A stretch of DNA of 64,000 nt from Candidatus Avelusimicrobium ruminicola (GTDB lineage Bacteria; Elusimicrobiota; Elusimicrobia; Elusimicrobiales; Elusimicrobiaceae), in the NCBI GenBank assembly GCA_902764935.1, contig CACWXQ010000004.1:36562-100561 (forward strand), in the 5' to 3' direction. The notes under the pieces are model-generated. The model saw only the letters and a program-made list of their open reading frames with translations. It was not told where the DNA came from and made no database searches. Below, piece after piece: positions 20,211-29,855 of this stretch; within the stretch, counting starts at the first letter, position 1; each line of letters starts with the position of its first letter. A program made the translations under genes and the position numbers.

Positions 20211-20238
20211 AAAAACGCCCTCAAATGAGGGCGTTTTT
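20211..20238. terminator. Bidirectional rho-independent terminator
   Basis: AAAAACGCCCTCA-AA-TGAGGGCGTTTTT between convergent genes. Confidence 0.7.
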
Positions 20239-20289
20239 ATTATAGGAGACCTCTTTGTGTGGCTTAAGCACAAAGAAGCATTTTGCAAA

Positions 20290-21027
20290 TTAGAAATGTA
20301 TAATCGCGAAGGGGCTCTCGCTAATTCCACCAAAAATTCCGCGGCGAAATGTAAACGGAATCTGCTTCACTAAGGCAATTACTTTGCCCTGATACAAGAC
20401 AGGTTCCCCCACTTTTACTGTAGGATGGTGGCTAAAACCTCCGATGCGGGATCTTCTGTGAGAGGGGACCCCTTTGCTATGAAAGAAACTAAGCAAGAAA
20501 TTTTCTATATCTTCCCCAAACGTGTCCAGCAAACTTTTCCCCGCGGGGATGGAAGCAAAATTTAACCCCCGCAGTCCCCGGGTTACATCCGCTTTGACGG
20601 ACACATAAGCCACATCTCCTGAAACAGCCACCGCGCCGCGGCCGCCTTTGGCTACCCGTCCATTGGAGAATTTGAGCGAGACTGTAGACAATGTATAATC
20701 GTCTTGACGGGCACAGTTCGCGGTAGTATAGACCCGTTGACCGCTTGCAGCCAACGTTCCGCGGCAAGTAACGGTTTTGGTTTTGTACGAAAGGACTTGA
20801 TCTTTACAACGCGGCCGGCGCACCATCACATCCGACATTTTGACCGGTTTTTGAAAGGTGGATGTTACCACTACGGTGGCTTCTTGGATTTGTTGTGCTT
20901 GCGCTTGGGCAGAAGTTACGGAACGTTCTACCGTATTATACAAGCGCGTATTTTGTGAAAAGGCAGCCCAGGAAATATTTAATAACGCGGCTACCATCAG
21001 GGGTTTTATATAACTTGTGTATTTCAT
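20290..21027 (-). CDS. Hypothetical secreted protein, possibly a degenerate trypsin-like fold
   Basis: Signal peptide. CRGTLAASGQRVYTTANC resembles C.GTL....VLTAAHC with His replaced by Asn. Confidence 0.45.
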   Translation of the reverse strand: MKYTSYIKPLMVAALLNISWAAFSQNTRLYNTVERSVTSAQAQAQQIQEATVVVTSTFQKPVKMSDVMVRRPRCKDQVLSYKTKTVTCRGTLAASGQRVYTTANCARQDDYTLSTVSLKFSNGRVAKGGRGAVAVSGDVAYVSVKADVTRGLRGLNFASIPAGKSLLDTFGEDIENFLLSFFHSKGVPSHRRSRIGGFSHHPTVKVGEPVLYQGKVIALVKQIPFTFRRGIFGGISESPFAIIHF

Positions 21028-21145
21028 AAGTATTCCTTTTAGATACTTATATTATACAAAAGTTAGGTAAAACTAACAAATATTTTCTTGAATTTATTTT
21101 TTACCGTCTTAAAATATATATTTTGGAAATTATATAATTGTTAGG

Positions 21146-21664
21146 TTAATATAACAAAATGCCCAAAATACCACTTACCAAAAGCACCCAAATAGGGCCT
21201 CTTTTCAGTTTCCATACCGCCACAAACGCCCCCGCGCAAAGCAGTACGCTTTTATAATCTACAAAATTTTCTGCGTTGCACAGCGTCAACGCGGCGGATG
21301 CAATAAGGCCAATCACCACCAACCGCAACGCCTTCCACGCGCCGGGATATTTGGCCCGCGTGGCAAATACATATTTACCGGCTAATACCAGCAGCACAAA
21401 CGACGGAATACACACCGCTACCGTCGCCAACAAGGCGCCCCACACACTGCCGCTGGCCGCATAGCCGGTATAAGTAGCCAAATTGATTCCCACCGGGCCC
21501 GGGGTTACTTGGCTAATAGCCACTATATCGGTAAATTCGGCGGTTGAAAGCCAGGCCTGCTTATAGACTACTTCGTTTTGTAAAAACGAAATCATGGCAT
21601 ATCCGCCGCCAAAATTAAATAGACCGATTTTCAAAAACGTAAAAAAGAGTTTGCAATAAATCAT
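21146..21664 (-). CDS. Short-chain chromate transporter (CHR) subunit, C-terminal-type half
   Basis: FLKIGLFNFGGGYAMI motif. MIYCK start gives an ATGA overlap with the upstream half. The longer ORF-track start is rejected. Confidence 0.8.
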   Translation of the reverse strand: MIYCKLFFTFLKIGLFNFGGGYAMISFLQNEVVYKQAWLSTAEFTDIVAISQVTPGPVGINLATYTGYAASGSVWGALLATVAVCIPSFVLLVLAGKYVFATRAKYPGAWKALRLVVIGLIASAALTLCNAENFVDYKSVLLCAGAFVAVWKLKRGPIWVLLVSGILGILLY

Positions 21665-22194
21665 CGGGCCTGCTCCTTTTTCGTAAAGAGTAGGCCACAC
21701 AAAATAGCCACAAGCACAACGTACACCGGGGAAACACCCAAGAGCCATACTGCCAAAGCAACCGCCACGCTAACCCACACGGTTTTGATAGTAATTCCGG
21801 CTGATTTTGCTAAATTAAATACAGGCACCATAATCAGTGCTACAACCGCCGGGCGGATTCCCTTAAATAGGCGCACCACTACCGCGTTTTCCGCAAATTG
21901 ACGGAAGAATAACGCTACCCCTAAAATAATAATAAAGGAAGGAAGTGCCGCACCGCAAGCCGCAAACGCTGCCCCGGGCCCCCCCTGTAAACGGTACCCT
22001 GTTAAAATGGCCACGTTAATAGCCATAATACCGGGGGCCGATTGCGCCACGGCGGTTACATCCAAAAAATCTTCTTTGGAAAGGTAAGTGCCCACTAATT
22101 CTTTTTCCATCAGCGGCAACATGGCGTATCCGCCGCCCAACGTAAACAGGCCGATTTTGGCAAAAATAAAAAATAGTTTCAATGACAGTCTCAC
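21661..22194 (-). CDS. Short-chain chromate transporter (CHR) subunit, N-terminal-type half
   Basis: FAKIGLFTLGGGYAMLP motif. I place the start at GTG 22194 (or TTG 22182), because the 267-aa ORF-track version overlaps the divergent gene at 22244. Confidence 0.7.
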   Translation of the reverse strand: MRLSLKLFFIFAKIGLFTLGGGYAMLPLMEKELVGTYLSKEDFLDVTAVAQSAPGIMAINVAILTGYRLQGGPGAAFAACGAALPSFIIILGVALFFRQFAENAVVVRLFKGIRPAVVALIMVPVFNLAKSAGITIKTVWVSVAVALAVWLLGVSPVYVVLVAILCGLLFTKKEQAR

Positions 22195-22243
22195 CCAAAT
22201 ATTGTAACATTTAAAATATAATTCGGGAATATTGGGAGAACTT

Positions 22244-22726
22244 ATGAAAAAAATAGTTTTTATTATACTGTCTTTGGGAGTAGCGGCAGGAGCGTTTTTT
22301 ATCGCACAATCCGCACAAGCCAAGATGCCGCCTGCATTTATTAAATTAAAAGTGTTTGGCAAAATTTTCAATTGCAATGCTAATCCTCGCGGGCAAGAGG
22401 AAACATACACCCAATATTCTTGTTCATTGTTGCCTAATGACCCCGACTTAACTTCTATTTCCATCCCACAATTTTGGGTTTCCGAATACGATGATACATT
22501 TAAGCCAAAAGAACTGTTGGACGAAATATTTAAAGATGCATTTAAGAAAAAAGATAATCCAGCCGTTTTTCATTGCCCAAACCCAAACATCGCAGTTGGC
22601 CATGGACACGATAAAAACTCTCAAACAGTGTTACGAATAACTCCAAATACTGTTCTGATGTTACAAAACATGAACCCTAAGAATAACTGGTTGGATGACG
22701 CACACCTTACTTGGTTGTGCCAGTGA
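22244..22726 (+). CDS. Hypothetical secreted protein
   Basis: MKKIVFIILSLGVAAGAFFIAQSAQA signal peptide preceded by GGGAGA. No family recognised. Confidence 0.5.
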   Translation: MKKIVFIILSLGVAAGAFFIAQSAQAKMPPAFIKLKVFGKIFNCNANPRGQEETYTQYSCSLLPNDPDLTSISIPQFWVSEYDDTFKPKELLDEIFKDAFKKKDNPAVFHCPNPNIAVGHGHDKNSQTVLRITPNTVLMLQNMNPKNNWLDDAHLTWLCQ

Positions 22727-22735
22727 AATATACTT

Positions 22736-24508
22736 TTACCGACCTTCTGTTTTTGTATACGCTACAATGCCGTTGTAGATACCTTGCGCCATCTTTTTTT
22801 GCACGGCACTTTGAGCCAGTTTAGCCCGGTCTTTGGGACTGCTGATAAAGCCCATTTCCACTAAAATGGCCGGGCTTTGCACGCCTTTAAGCACGTAGAA
22901 ATTTGCTTGGCGAATAGCATTTTTCTGCGCTACGGCAATGCCAATACCTGATTGTTGGGAAACAGCATTTTTCACATACCCTGCCAGTTTGGAGCTTTCA
23001 TTGATATATTCATTTTTAGCCATGGACTGCAAGAGCGCATCCACAAAATTGTAATGCACTTCTTCATACTGCATAGCATCGTTTTCTAAGGCGGCTGTGG
23101 CGGCGGCTTCGCGGTCGGTGGCTTTTTCCGAGCGGAAATAAACCTGAAATCCGTTTGCTTTTGAATCCTTGGTAGAATTTACGTGCACCGACACAAACAA
23201 GTCCGCCTTAAAATTATTGGCAATGCGGCTCCGTTCCGACAACGCAATAAATACATCCGTATTACGTGTGATTTTAACCTCAAATCCGCCTTTTTCTAAC
23301 AAGCGGGCCAATTCTTTACCTACGGCCAGGTTCCAATCTTTTTCACGGTATTTACCACGCACCGCACCGGGATCCTTTCCCCCATGCCCGGGGTCCACCA
23401 CAATACGTATTTTTTTATGGGCCTTGATCGCCAGCGGATGCGGCTCCGCCTTTATAACAGGGGCTTGTGTCTGCGGCGTAACGGGCGCGGTAGGGGCCGG
23501 ATCCGCCGGAGTATGTGAACCGCTTAAAACCATTTCTTCAAATTCGTCGTCATCTTCTTCCGCAGTTTCTTGGGCAGGAGTTTGCGGTTGGGGTTGGGCA
23601 TCCGGTTGAGGTTCTTCTTGCATTTGCGGAGTCGGTTCTTCAGCCGCCGGCATTTCCTCCTCTTCGTCCGTCACACTGGGAACAAGTTGAGCCGGTTCGT
23701 TTGCCGTAATAACTGGGGAAGCGGGGGCTGTGATTACCGGGGTTTTAGCAGGCAACACCGGGGCCGCTTTGGCGGCACCTACCCGAAACACGAATTGGCG
23801 CCCTTCTTGCGTAAAACTCCAGGCTTTGCCCTTGTCGCCCAAAATTACACGCAACTGTACATCCGCGCGGGTTTGCCGGACTTCTATAGAGGAAATATAG
23901 GCCGTACGCAATCTTTCATACGCATCCCGCTTAATCACCGCATTTTTCAACGTAACCGTTACCGTATGGGCAGAGGTCTGCTCCGCGGTGAATTTAAGGT
24001 CTTTTTGTGCTTCAAAGACCAATAAATTATCTTGCGGCTCCAGCACGGTTTCCGTCAATTCCACCGTAAAGCGGCGTTCAATAATCAGCGTTGCGTTGCG
24101 AAATTCAACCAGTTTATTGATGGCCAGTTGAAACGCGGGGAGCAAAAATACTTCCACCGGGGCCATCAGTTTGCCGCCGCGTATTTCTACCGGTCCGCTA
24201 ATACGCACGTGTTTCCCGTTGACAATAATTTCATCTAACGAGCCCGTTAAGATAGCAAAAAAGCCTTTGGAAGTAATTTTGGCTTGCTTGGAGGTTGCAA
24301 ACAATTCCACCCGCGCCCCTAATTTGCGCGCGGTGGCTTGCACATCTACATAGGTAATCCCGTTGAGGTCAATAGAACTAACCGACCCGGCCGAGCGGCC
24401 GCTCTCTTTTAACTGGACTTTGCCCTGCGCAAACGCAAGTTGCCCCATCAAAAGAAACAGTAACCCCAAAACAAGCGTTCCAATACGTTTCATAGTAGCG
24501 CCTTTCAT
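22736..24508 (-). CDS. N-acetylmuramoyl-L-alanine amidase (Amidase_3, AmiC-like) with N-terminal accessory domains
   Basis: IVVDPGHGGKDPGA catalytic-domain motif. Signal peptide. Pro/Glu/Gln-rich linker of roughly 115 aa. Confidence 0.85.
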   Translation of the reverse strand: MKGATMKRIGTLVLGLLFLLMGQLAFAQGKVQLKESGRSAGSVSSIDLNGITYVDVQATARKLGARVELFATSKQAKITSKGFFAILTGSLDEIIVNGKHVRISGPVEIRGGKLMAPVEVFLLPAFQLAINKLVEFRNATLIIERRFTVELTETVLEPQDNLLVFEAQKDLKFTAEQTSAHTVTVTLKNAVIKRDAYERLRTAYISSIEVRQTRADVQLRVILGDKGKAWSFTQEGRQFVFRVGAAKAAPVLPAKTPVITAPASPVITANEPAQLVPSVTDEEEEMPAAEEPTPQMQEEPQPDAQPQPQTPAQETAEEDDDEFEEMVLSGSHTPADPAPTAPVTPQTQAPVIKAEPHPLAIKAHKKIRIVVDPGHGGKDPGAVRGKYREKDWNLAVGKELARLLEKGGFEVKITRNTDVFIALSERSRIANNFKADLFVSVHVNSTKDSKANGFQVYFRSEKATDREAAATAALENDAMQYEEVHYNFVDALLQSMAKNEYINESSKLAGYVKNAVSQQSGIGIAVAQKNAIRQANFYVLKGVQSPAILVEMGFISSPKDRAKLAQSAVQKKMAQGIYNGIVAYTKTEGR

Positions 24509-24538
24509 CCCCTCATTACAACACGGCCACTTGGAATT

Positions 24539-25996
24539 TTATTCCAATACAATTTTATAGTCTTCCCACGCTAACTGTGCATCCGCTTGGATTTTCAGTG
24601 AGCGGTGGATATTTTCTTCAATATCGGCTTGGCGGTGACGAATGGCTTCGGCCAAGGTGGGGTGTAATACTACCCGTAAATTTCCCCCGGGCCGACCGCT
24701 TGTTAAGTCATAGATTTCGCGCTGAATTTTAATGCGCATACTTTCAGCCGATAACACACGCCCGGATCCGTGGCACTGCGGACACTCTTCGCTAATGAAA
24801 CTGCCAGTGCTGGCGCGTTTGCGTTCACGCGTCATTTCCACCAGCCCTAACTTGGTAATAGGCAAAATGCGGATTTTGGCACGGTCCCCCTGCACGGCAC
24901 GGGACAAGGCTTCCACGACCCGATGGCGGCTGGAGGCTTTGCGCATATCAATAAAATCAATTACAATGATACCGCCAATGTTACGCAAGCGTAATTGATG
25001 GGCAATTTCATTAGCCGCTTCAATATTGGTTTGCGTGACGGTTTCCTCCTGCGATTTGCTACCGGTAAATTTCCCGGTGTTTACATCAATAGCGCACAAA
25101 CTTTCGGCTTCTTGAATAATAATACTGCCCCCGTTGGGAAGCGGCAATTTAATTTTGCGTAGATTATCAATTTCCGGCTCAATATTATAGGCTTCAAAAA
25201 TAGGCGTTTTTCCTTTGTAGAGTTGGACCCGGTTGGCCAAATCGGGAGAGTTTTTCTCCACAAAATCGCGCACCCGTTCATAATCTTTGCGGTTATCCAA
25301 CAAGTACACTTTGGCATTTTCCGAGAGTACATCCCGCGCTACCTGCAAAACAGCATCCATATCTTCGTGTAACAAGTGCGGTCCGCGGGCGGAATCAAAT
25401 TTCTTTACAATAGACTGCCATTGGCGATATAAGTATTTTACTTCACGCTCTAATTCTTCTTTGGTGGCTTCTTCCGCTTCCGTACGTACAATGCACCCCA
25501 TCCCTTCCAAATGTTTATCCGCCAATTCTTGCATAACGTCATTCAATTTATGGCGGACTTCGGCATCTTCAATGTTTTTAGAAAGCCCCACAAAACTTTG
25601 GTTCGGGGTTAGCACTAAATAGCGGCCGGGCAACGTAACATCCATGGTTACCTTCATACCTTTGGTGCTAATAGCATCTTTGACTACTTGCACCATCACT
25701 TCTTGGCCTTTGCGTAACACTTTATCAATATTCTTTTTATCGCCACCGATTACGTCGGAAATATACAAATACGCATTTTTTTCGTAACCGATATTCAAAA
25801 AAGCACTGGAAATACCCGGCAGTACATTTTCTACAATTCCTTTGTAGATATTGCCTACAATATTGAGTGCTCCGCGGCGTTCCCATAGAATTTCATTGAC
25901 GCGCTCGTTCTCTAAAATAGCGATACGCGTTTCTTCAAAAGAAGTATTTACCAATACTTCTACTGTTGGTTTTGTTTCGTCTACTGCTTGTGTCAT
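24539..25996 (-). CDS. rng: Ribonuclease G/E family endoribonuclease
   Basis: S1 domain GNIYKGIVENVLPGISSAFLNIG, DNase-I-like core, Zn-link CPQCHGSGRV. 485 aa. Confidence 0.85.
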   Translation of the reverse strand: MTQAVDETKPTVEVLVNTSFEETRIAILENERVNEILWERRGALNIVGNIYKGIVENVLPGISSAFLNIGYEKNAYLYISDVIGGDKKNIDKVLRKGQEVMVQVVKDAISTKGMKVTMDVTLPGRYLVLTPNQSFVGLSKNIEDAEVRHKLNDVMQELADKHLEGMGCIVRTEAEEATKEELEREVKYLYRQWQSIVKKFDSARGPHLLHEDMDAVLQVARDVLSENAKVYLLDNRKDYERVRDFVEKNSPDLANRVQLYKGKTPIFEAYNIEPEIDNLRKIKLPLPNGGSIIIQEAESLCAIDVNTGKFTGSKSQEETVTQTNIEAANEIAHQLRLRNIGGIIVIDFIDMRKASSRHRVVEALSRAVQGDRAKIRILPITKLGLVEMTRERKRASTGSFISEECPQCHGSGRVLSAESMRIKIQREIYDLTSGRPGGNLRVVLHPTLAEAIRHRQADIEENIHRSLKIQADAQLAWEDYKIVLE

Positions 25997-26026
25997 ACTA
26001 CAAATCTCCCGGGGCCTTAGTTCCCC

Positions 26027-26722
26027 TTAAATTAGGTGCAGATCACCGGCACTGTCTTGCCAATATAATCCTTCCCTTATTATTTTGAAACGTTCATCCG
26101 TCAGTTCAGCCAGCGGGCCTAAAATATCTATTCCTAGCCACGCATAGATGCAAACTAACGGGTTTATCCACTTCTGTTCCCTGCACAGCAAGGTAAGTTC
26201 AACCCGGTCCGCTGCAAGGGTACGGGCTTGGAGTACATACGGACGAATATCCGTTGTAAACCGCATCCCGTTGTCGGCTTGTTGCACAACATCCAGTTGC
26301 TTGGCAGCCGCCCATTTTTCAATCGTCTGTGCCGGAGCATACGCCGCAAAATCCCCTACTATAGTCCATACAGCAGCCGTTGCTAACTGTTGGATAGAGG
26401 CCAATGCATAGGGAACTCTTTTTACTTCCAAAATAGTAATTCCCTGCGGCTTACTTTGGTCCAGTTGTTCGCGCACGCGCGCTACCGGAACAGGCGTTTT
26501 CAAATAAATATCTATATATTCACGTTTGGCATCTTGTCCGCTACCCACAAAAGGGCCGCAGGATAAGCGGGGCCAATGTGCATTTACTTTAGCGGGCATA
26601 TAATCTAACCCGCTACGCAAAACCATATTGCGCACAGCATTAAATGTGTCCTTGCGTTTAGGACCCTTTTCAGACACACTAAATACTATACGCATTTTAT
26701 AAATTTTTGACGTATTTATCAT
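26027..26722 (-). CDS. DUF2344 / TIGR03936-type radical-SAM-linked protein
   Basis: The MRIVFSVSEKGP...RSGL...P....P.LS..P pattern is recalled from this family. Start is at M20 (26722) or M29 (26695). The ORF-track start overlaps rodA. Confidence 0.6.
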   Translation of the reverse strand: MINTSKIYKMRIVFSVSEKGPKRKDTFNAVRNMVLRSGLDYMPAKVNAHWPRLSCGPFVGSGQDAKREYIDIYLKTPVPVARVREQLDQSKPQGITILEVKRVPYALASIQQLATAAVWTIVGDFAAYAPAQTIEKWAAAKQLDVVQQADNGMRFTTDIRPYVLQARTLAADRVELTLLCREQKWINPLVCIYAWLGIDILGPLAELTDERFKIIREGLYWQDSAGDLHLI

Positions 26723-26727
26723 CTTTT

Positions 26728-28065
26728 TTATGCCCGAATGCGCCGCGCGTATACAGATTGCACTACTCCCAACGCCCATAAACTAGCCACCAGGTTGGAC
26801 CCTCCATATGAGATAAACGGCAGCGGAATCCCCGCCACCGGCACAATCCCCAGCAGCATCCCAAAATTTACCAGCATATACGTTAAAAACATACCAAATA
26901 TCCCGGCACATACCAAATGCCCGTACCGGTCACTGGCCATATAGGCAATTACAACAATACGCCACAAAATAATCACATAAAGGCCCAGCACTAAAAACAT
27001 CCCCCATAAGCCCAATTCTTCGCCCACTACGGCCAAAATAAAATCGGTGTGTTTTTCCGGCACAAACCCCAAACGCGACTGCGTACCGGAGAATAATCCT
27101 TTACCCCAAACGCCGCCGGATCCCATCGCAATTTGTGCTTGCAATACGTTATACCCCGCGCCTTGCGGGTCCGAATTGGGGGCCAAAAAGGTTTCCACAC
27201 GTTTGCGTTGGTGTGGCTTCATGTGGTTTTCCACAAATATTCCCCCAAATAATCCGGCCAAGATGGCTAACGTAATAAGTACAAAATAAAAAGAGGGTAA
27301 TAAGATGCGCAGTTGCTTAAAGAACCACCAGGCACCATACCCCAACAAGGCCACTAGCCCCGAAAACCCTAACATATACCACCCGCTATGCGCCAGTTGA
27401 TTGAGGACATATCCTAACCCATCTTGCGTTAATTCCGGGTGTAGGTACAGGTAAGTCCACGCAATCGTAAAGAAGCCTGCAGTCCCTGCCAAAAGCGCCC
27501 CTAAACTTAAATAAAACAAATTGGCCCCCGCACAATACAACAGCACAATTAAAGCCGGCAACGTAACTACCACAGAAGAAAAATCCGGCTGGAGCATAAT
27601 CAACCCGAAAATAGGCGCCAGTAATATCCCCAGCCACAGTAAGGTTGAAATATCGTAGATATACCGGGCACGCCGCGTCAAGAAGGAAGCCGATACCAAA
27701 ATAGTACACACCCGGCAAATTTCGGAAGGTTGCATGGAAAAGAAGGGAAGCACAAACCACGAGCGACTACCGCGTTGATAAGACCCAAATAGCAAAACCC
27801 CCACTAACAAGGCCAAAATAAACCCATAGAGCCATTTCCATTGTTCATCAAAAATTTGGTAATTAAAACTCCATCCTACCCCAAAGGCCAGCAACCCCAG
27901 CGGCAACGCAACCAAGTGCGTACGCACAATCGCATTGGACCAAGATAAACTATTCACCGCCGACATAATACACAGGGCGCCTAATATCACAATGCCAATC
28001 ATCGCATAGAGCAATATGCTATCCACACGACTACGCGCATTTTGTACGGTTTTAAGAACGGGCAT
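26728..28065 (-). CDS. rodA: SEDS peptidoglycan polymerase RodA
   Basis: Polytopic FtsW/RodA family with ISYGGSN. Lies immediately downstream of mrdA. Confidence 0.85.
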   Translation of the reverse strand: MPVLKTVQNARSRVDSILLYAMIGIVILGALCIMSAVNSLSWSNAIVRTHLVALPLGLLAFGVGWSFNYQIFDEQWKWLYGFILALLVGVLLFGSYQRGSRSWFVLPFFSMQPSEICRVCTILVSASFLTRRARYIYDISTLLWLGILLAPIFGLIMLQPDFSSVVVTLPALIVLLYCAGANLFYLSLGALLAGTAGFFTIAWTYLYLHPELTQDGLGYVLNQLAHSGWYMLGFSGLVALLGYGAWWFFKQLRILLPSFYFVLITLAILAGLFGGIFVENHMKPHQRKRVETFLAPNSDPQGAGYNVLQAQIAMGSGGVWGKGLFSGTQSRLGFVPEKHTDFILAVVGEELGLWGMFLVLGLYVIILWRIVVIAYMASDRYGHLVCAGIFGMFLTYMLVNFGMLLGIVPVAGIPLPFISYGGSNLVASLWALGVVQSVYARRIRA

Positions 28066-29849
28066 TAGTTCGCCTCCGCCGGGACAGGGGTATTTAAGCC
28101 GAAATAAGTTTCCAACATGGTCCGTGCAATCGGTCCCGCAGCCGAGCTTCCCCCTTCTCCAAATTCTACAAAAACAGCCAAGGCAATAGAAGGGGCTTCG
28201 CCTTCTTTTCCGGCAAACGCCATAAACCAGCCATGGTCAGCCCCATGCGGGTTTTGAGCCGTCCCCGTTTTGGCATATACATCCAATCCTTTGATTTTAA
28301 CGCGACGAGCAGTCCCGTCATCTACGGTATGCTTGAGTGCTTTGTATAATAAATCGTACGTTTCCGGTTTCAAATCTGCCTGTTGTAAAACTTCGGTTTG
28401 CCCGATTTTTTGCGTTTTGCCCGTTTGCTGATTGACAATTTTATCTACATAATACGGGCGATACACATTTCCGCGGCTGGCCAACGCCGCCGCAAATTGC
28501 GCTAGTTTAATGGGAGTAACCAGCAGTTCCCCTTGCCCGATAGACAAGTTGAGCGTATCCCCTACAAACCAATAGGTTTTGTTACGCGCACGGCGCGTAG
28601 GCCCATACAGGTTGCCCGCTTTTTCACCCGGCAGATCAATCCCGGTAGGGCGGCCAATCATAAACTTACGTTCCATCCGTTCAATGGGGGCCGGCCCCAT
28701 AGAAGCCGCTATCGCATAGAAATAAACGTCACAGGAATTACTCATCCCGTCAAAGAAATCTACCGGGCCATGGGTGCCCCAGCACTTAAAGACACGCGGG
28801 CCGGAATCATATTTGCCCGTGCAAGTAATTTTCCGTTTAATGTCTAGGTCTGTTTCCTCTAATGCGGCAGCGGCTGTAATAATTTTGAACGTAGAAGCGG
28901 GGGGATAAATCCCCTGGATAGCCAAGTTGTATTCGTTAATGCGTTTAGACGGGTTGGAAGATTCCTGATCGCTATAAGGAACAAACAAATTAGGGTCGTA
29001 CGCGGGGGCACTGGCCAGGGCCAACACCGCACCGGTTTTGGGATCCAACGCCACAGCCGCCCCGCGCCCGGTCTTAGAGTTTTTAAGGGCTTCTTCGGCC
29101 GCTTGTTGTAGCGGAAAATTTAACGTGAGGTAAATATCGTTCCCCGCCGCCCATTTTTTATCTTGAATAATACGTTTTACGCGTCCGCGGTAGTCCACCT
29201 CTAAATAGACGCCACCATCTTTGCCTCTTAGTTCTTCTTCAAACTTACGCTCAATCCCATTTTTGCCAATTTTGGAATTAAGCCGATAGCCGGCGGTAAC
29301 GTCGCGCTTACGCCATTGGCGCTCGTCCATACTGCCGATATAGCCTAACAAGTGGCTTGCCAACGTGTGATAGGGATAGTGACGTTTGGACTCTTCTAAT
29401 AAATAAATGCCGGGGTAGTATTGTTGCAATTCCTGCAAGGCAACCGTGCTTTTCGTGGACAGGTTTTCCGCCAAGGCCACGGCCTTGCCCGTACGACCGC
29501 TTGTTTCCAAACGGGTGCGTAGTGTTTGGGGAGCTAAGTTAACATAAGGGGCAATATCCGCTACCAGTTTATTCAAAAATTCTTCGTCCGGCTTAGCCAT
29601 CCCCAAATAATACAAACTAAACGAAGGACTATTGGAGGCAATAGCAATTCCGTCAGCTGTAAGCACACGCCCGCGCGGGGCGGTTTGATAGAGAATTTGT
29701 GTACGGTTACGCTCGGCCAGTTGTTGGTAGTTTTGATAATGCACTACTTGTATATCAATCAAACGCAAAGCAATAACCGCACCCACTACAAAGGCAGCTA
29801 TCAGTAGAATTTTTAGACGTTCATTAAAAGAGTCTTTGGGAATGGCCAT
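28065..29849 (-). CDS. mrdA: Penicillin-binding protein 2 (elongasome transpeptidase)
   Basis: STFK, SNS and KTGTA motifs. N-terminal TM anchor. Confidence 0.9.
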   Translation of the reverse strand: MAIPKDSFNERLKILLIAAFVVGAVIALRLIDIQVVHYQNYQQLAERNRTQILYQTAPRGRVLTADGIAIASNSPSFSLYYLGMAKPDEEFLNKLVADIAPYVNLAPQTLRTRLETSGRTGKAVALAENLSTKSTVALQELQQYYPGIYLLEESKRHYPYHTLASHLLGYIGSMDERQWRKRDVTAGYRLNSKIGKNGIERKFEEELRGKDGGVYLEVDYRGRVKRIIQDKKWAAGNDIYLTLNFPLQQAAEEALKNSKTGRGAAVALDPKTGAVLALASAPAYDPNLFVPYSDQESSNPSKRINEYNLAIQGIYPPASTFKIITAAAALEETDLDIKRKITCTGKYDSGPRVFKCWGTHGPVDFFDGMSNSCDVYFYAIAASMGPAPIERMERKFMIGRPTGIDLPGEKAGNLYGPTRRARNKTYWFVGDTLNLSIGQGELLVTPIKLAQFAAALASRGNVYRPYYVDKIVNQQTGKTQKIGQTEVLQQADLKPETYDLLYKALKHTVDDGTARRVKIKGLDVYAKTGTAQNPHGADHGWFMAFAGKEGEAPSIALAVFVEFGEGGSSAAGPIARTMLETYFGLNTPVPAEAN

Positions 29850-29855
29850 GCGTTT

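Noticed and set aside
21028-21145. An AT-rich 118-nt gap as a possible small RNA or origin-like element.
   Set aside because: It has no repeats, boxes or stable stems. It is most simply the promoter region of the 20290-21027 gene plus the 3' end of the CHR operon.
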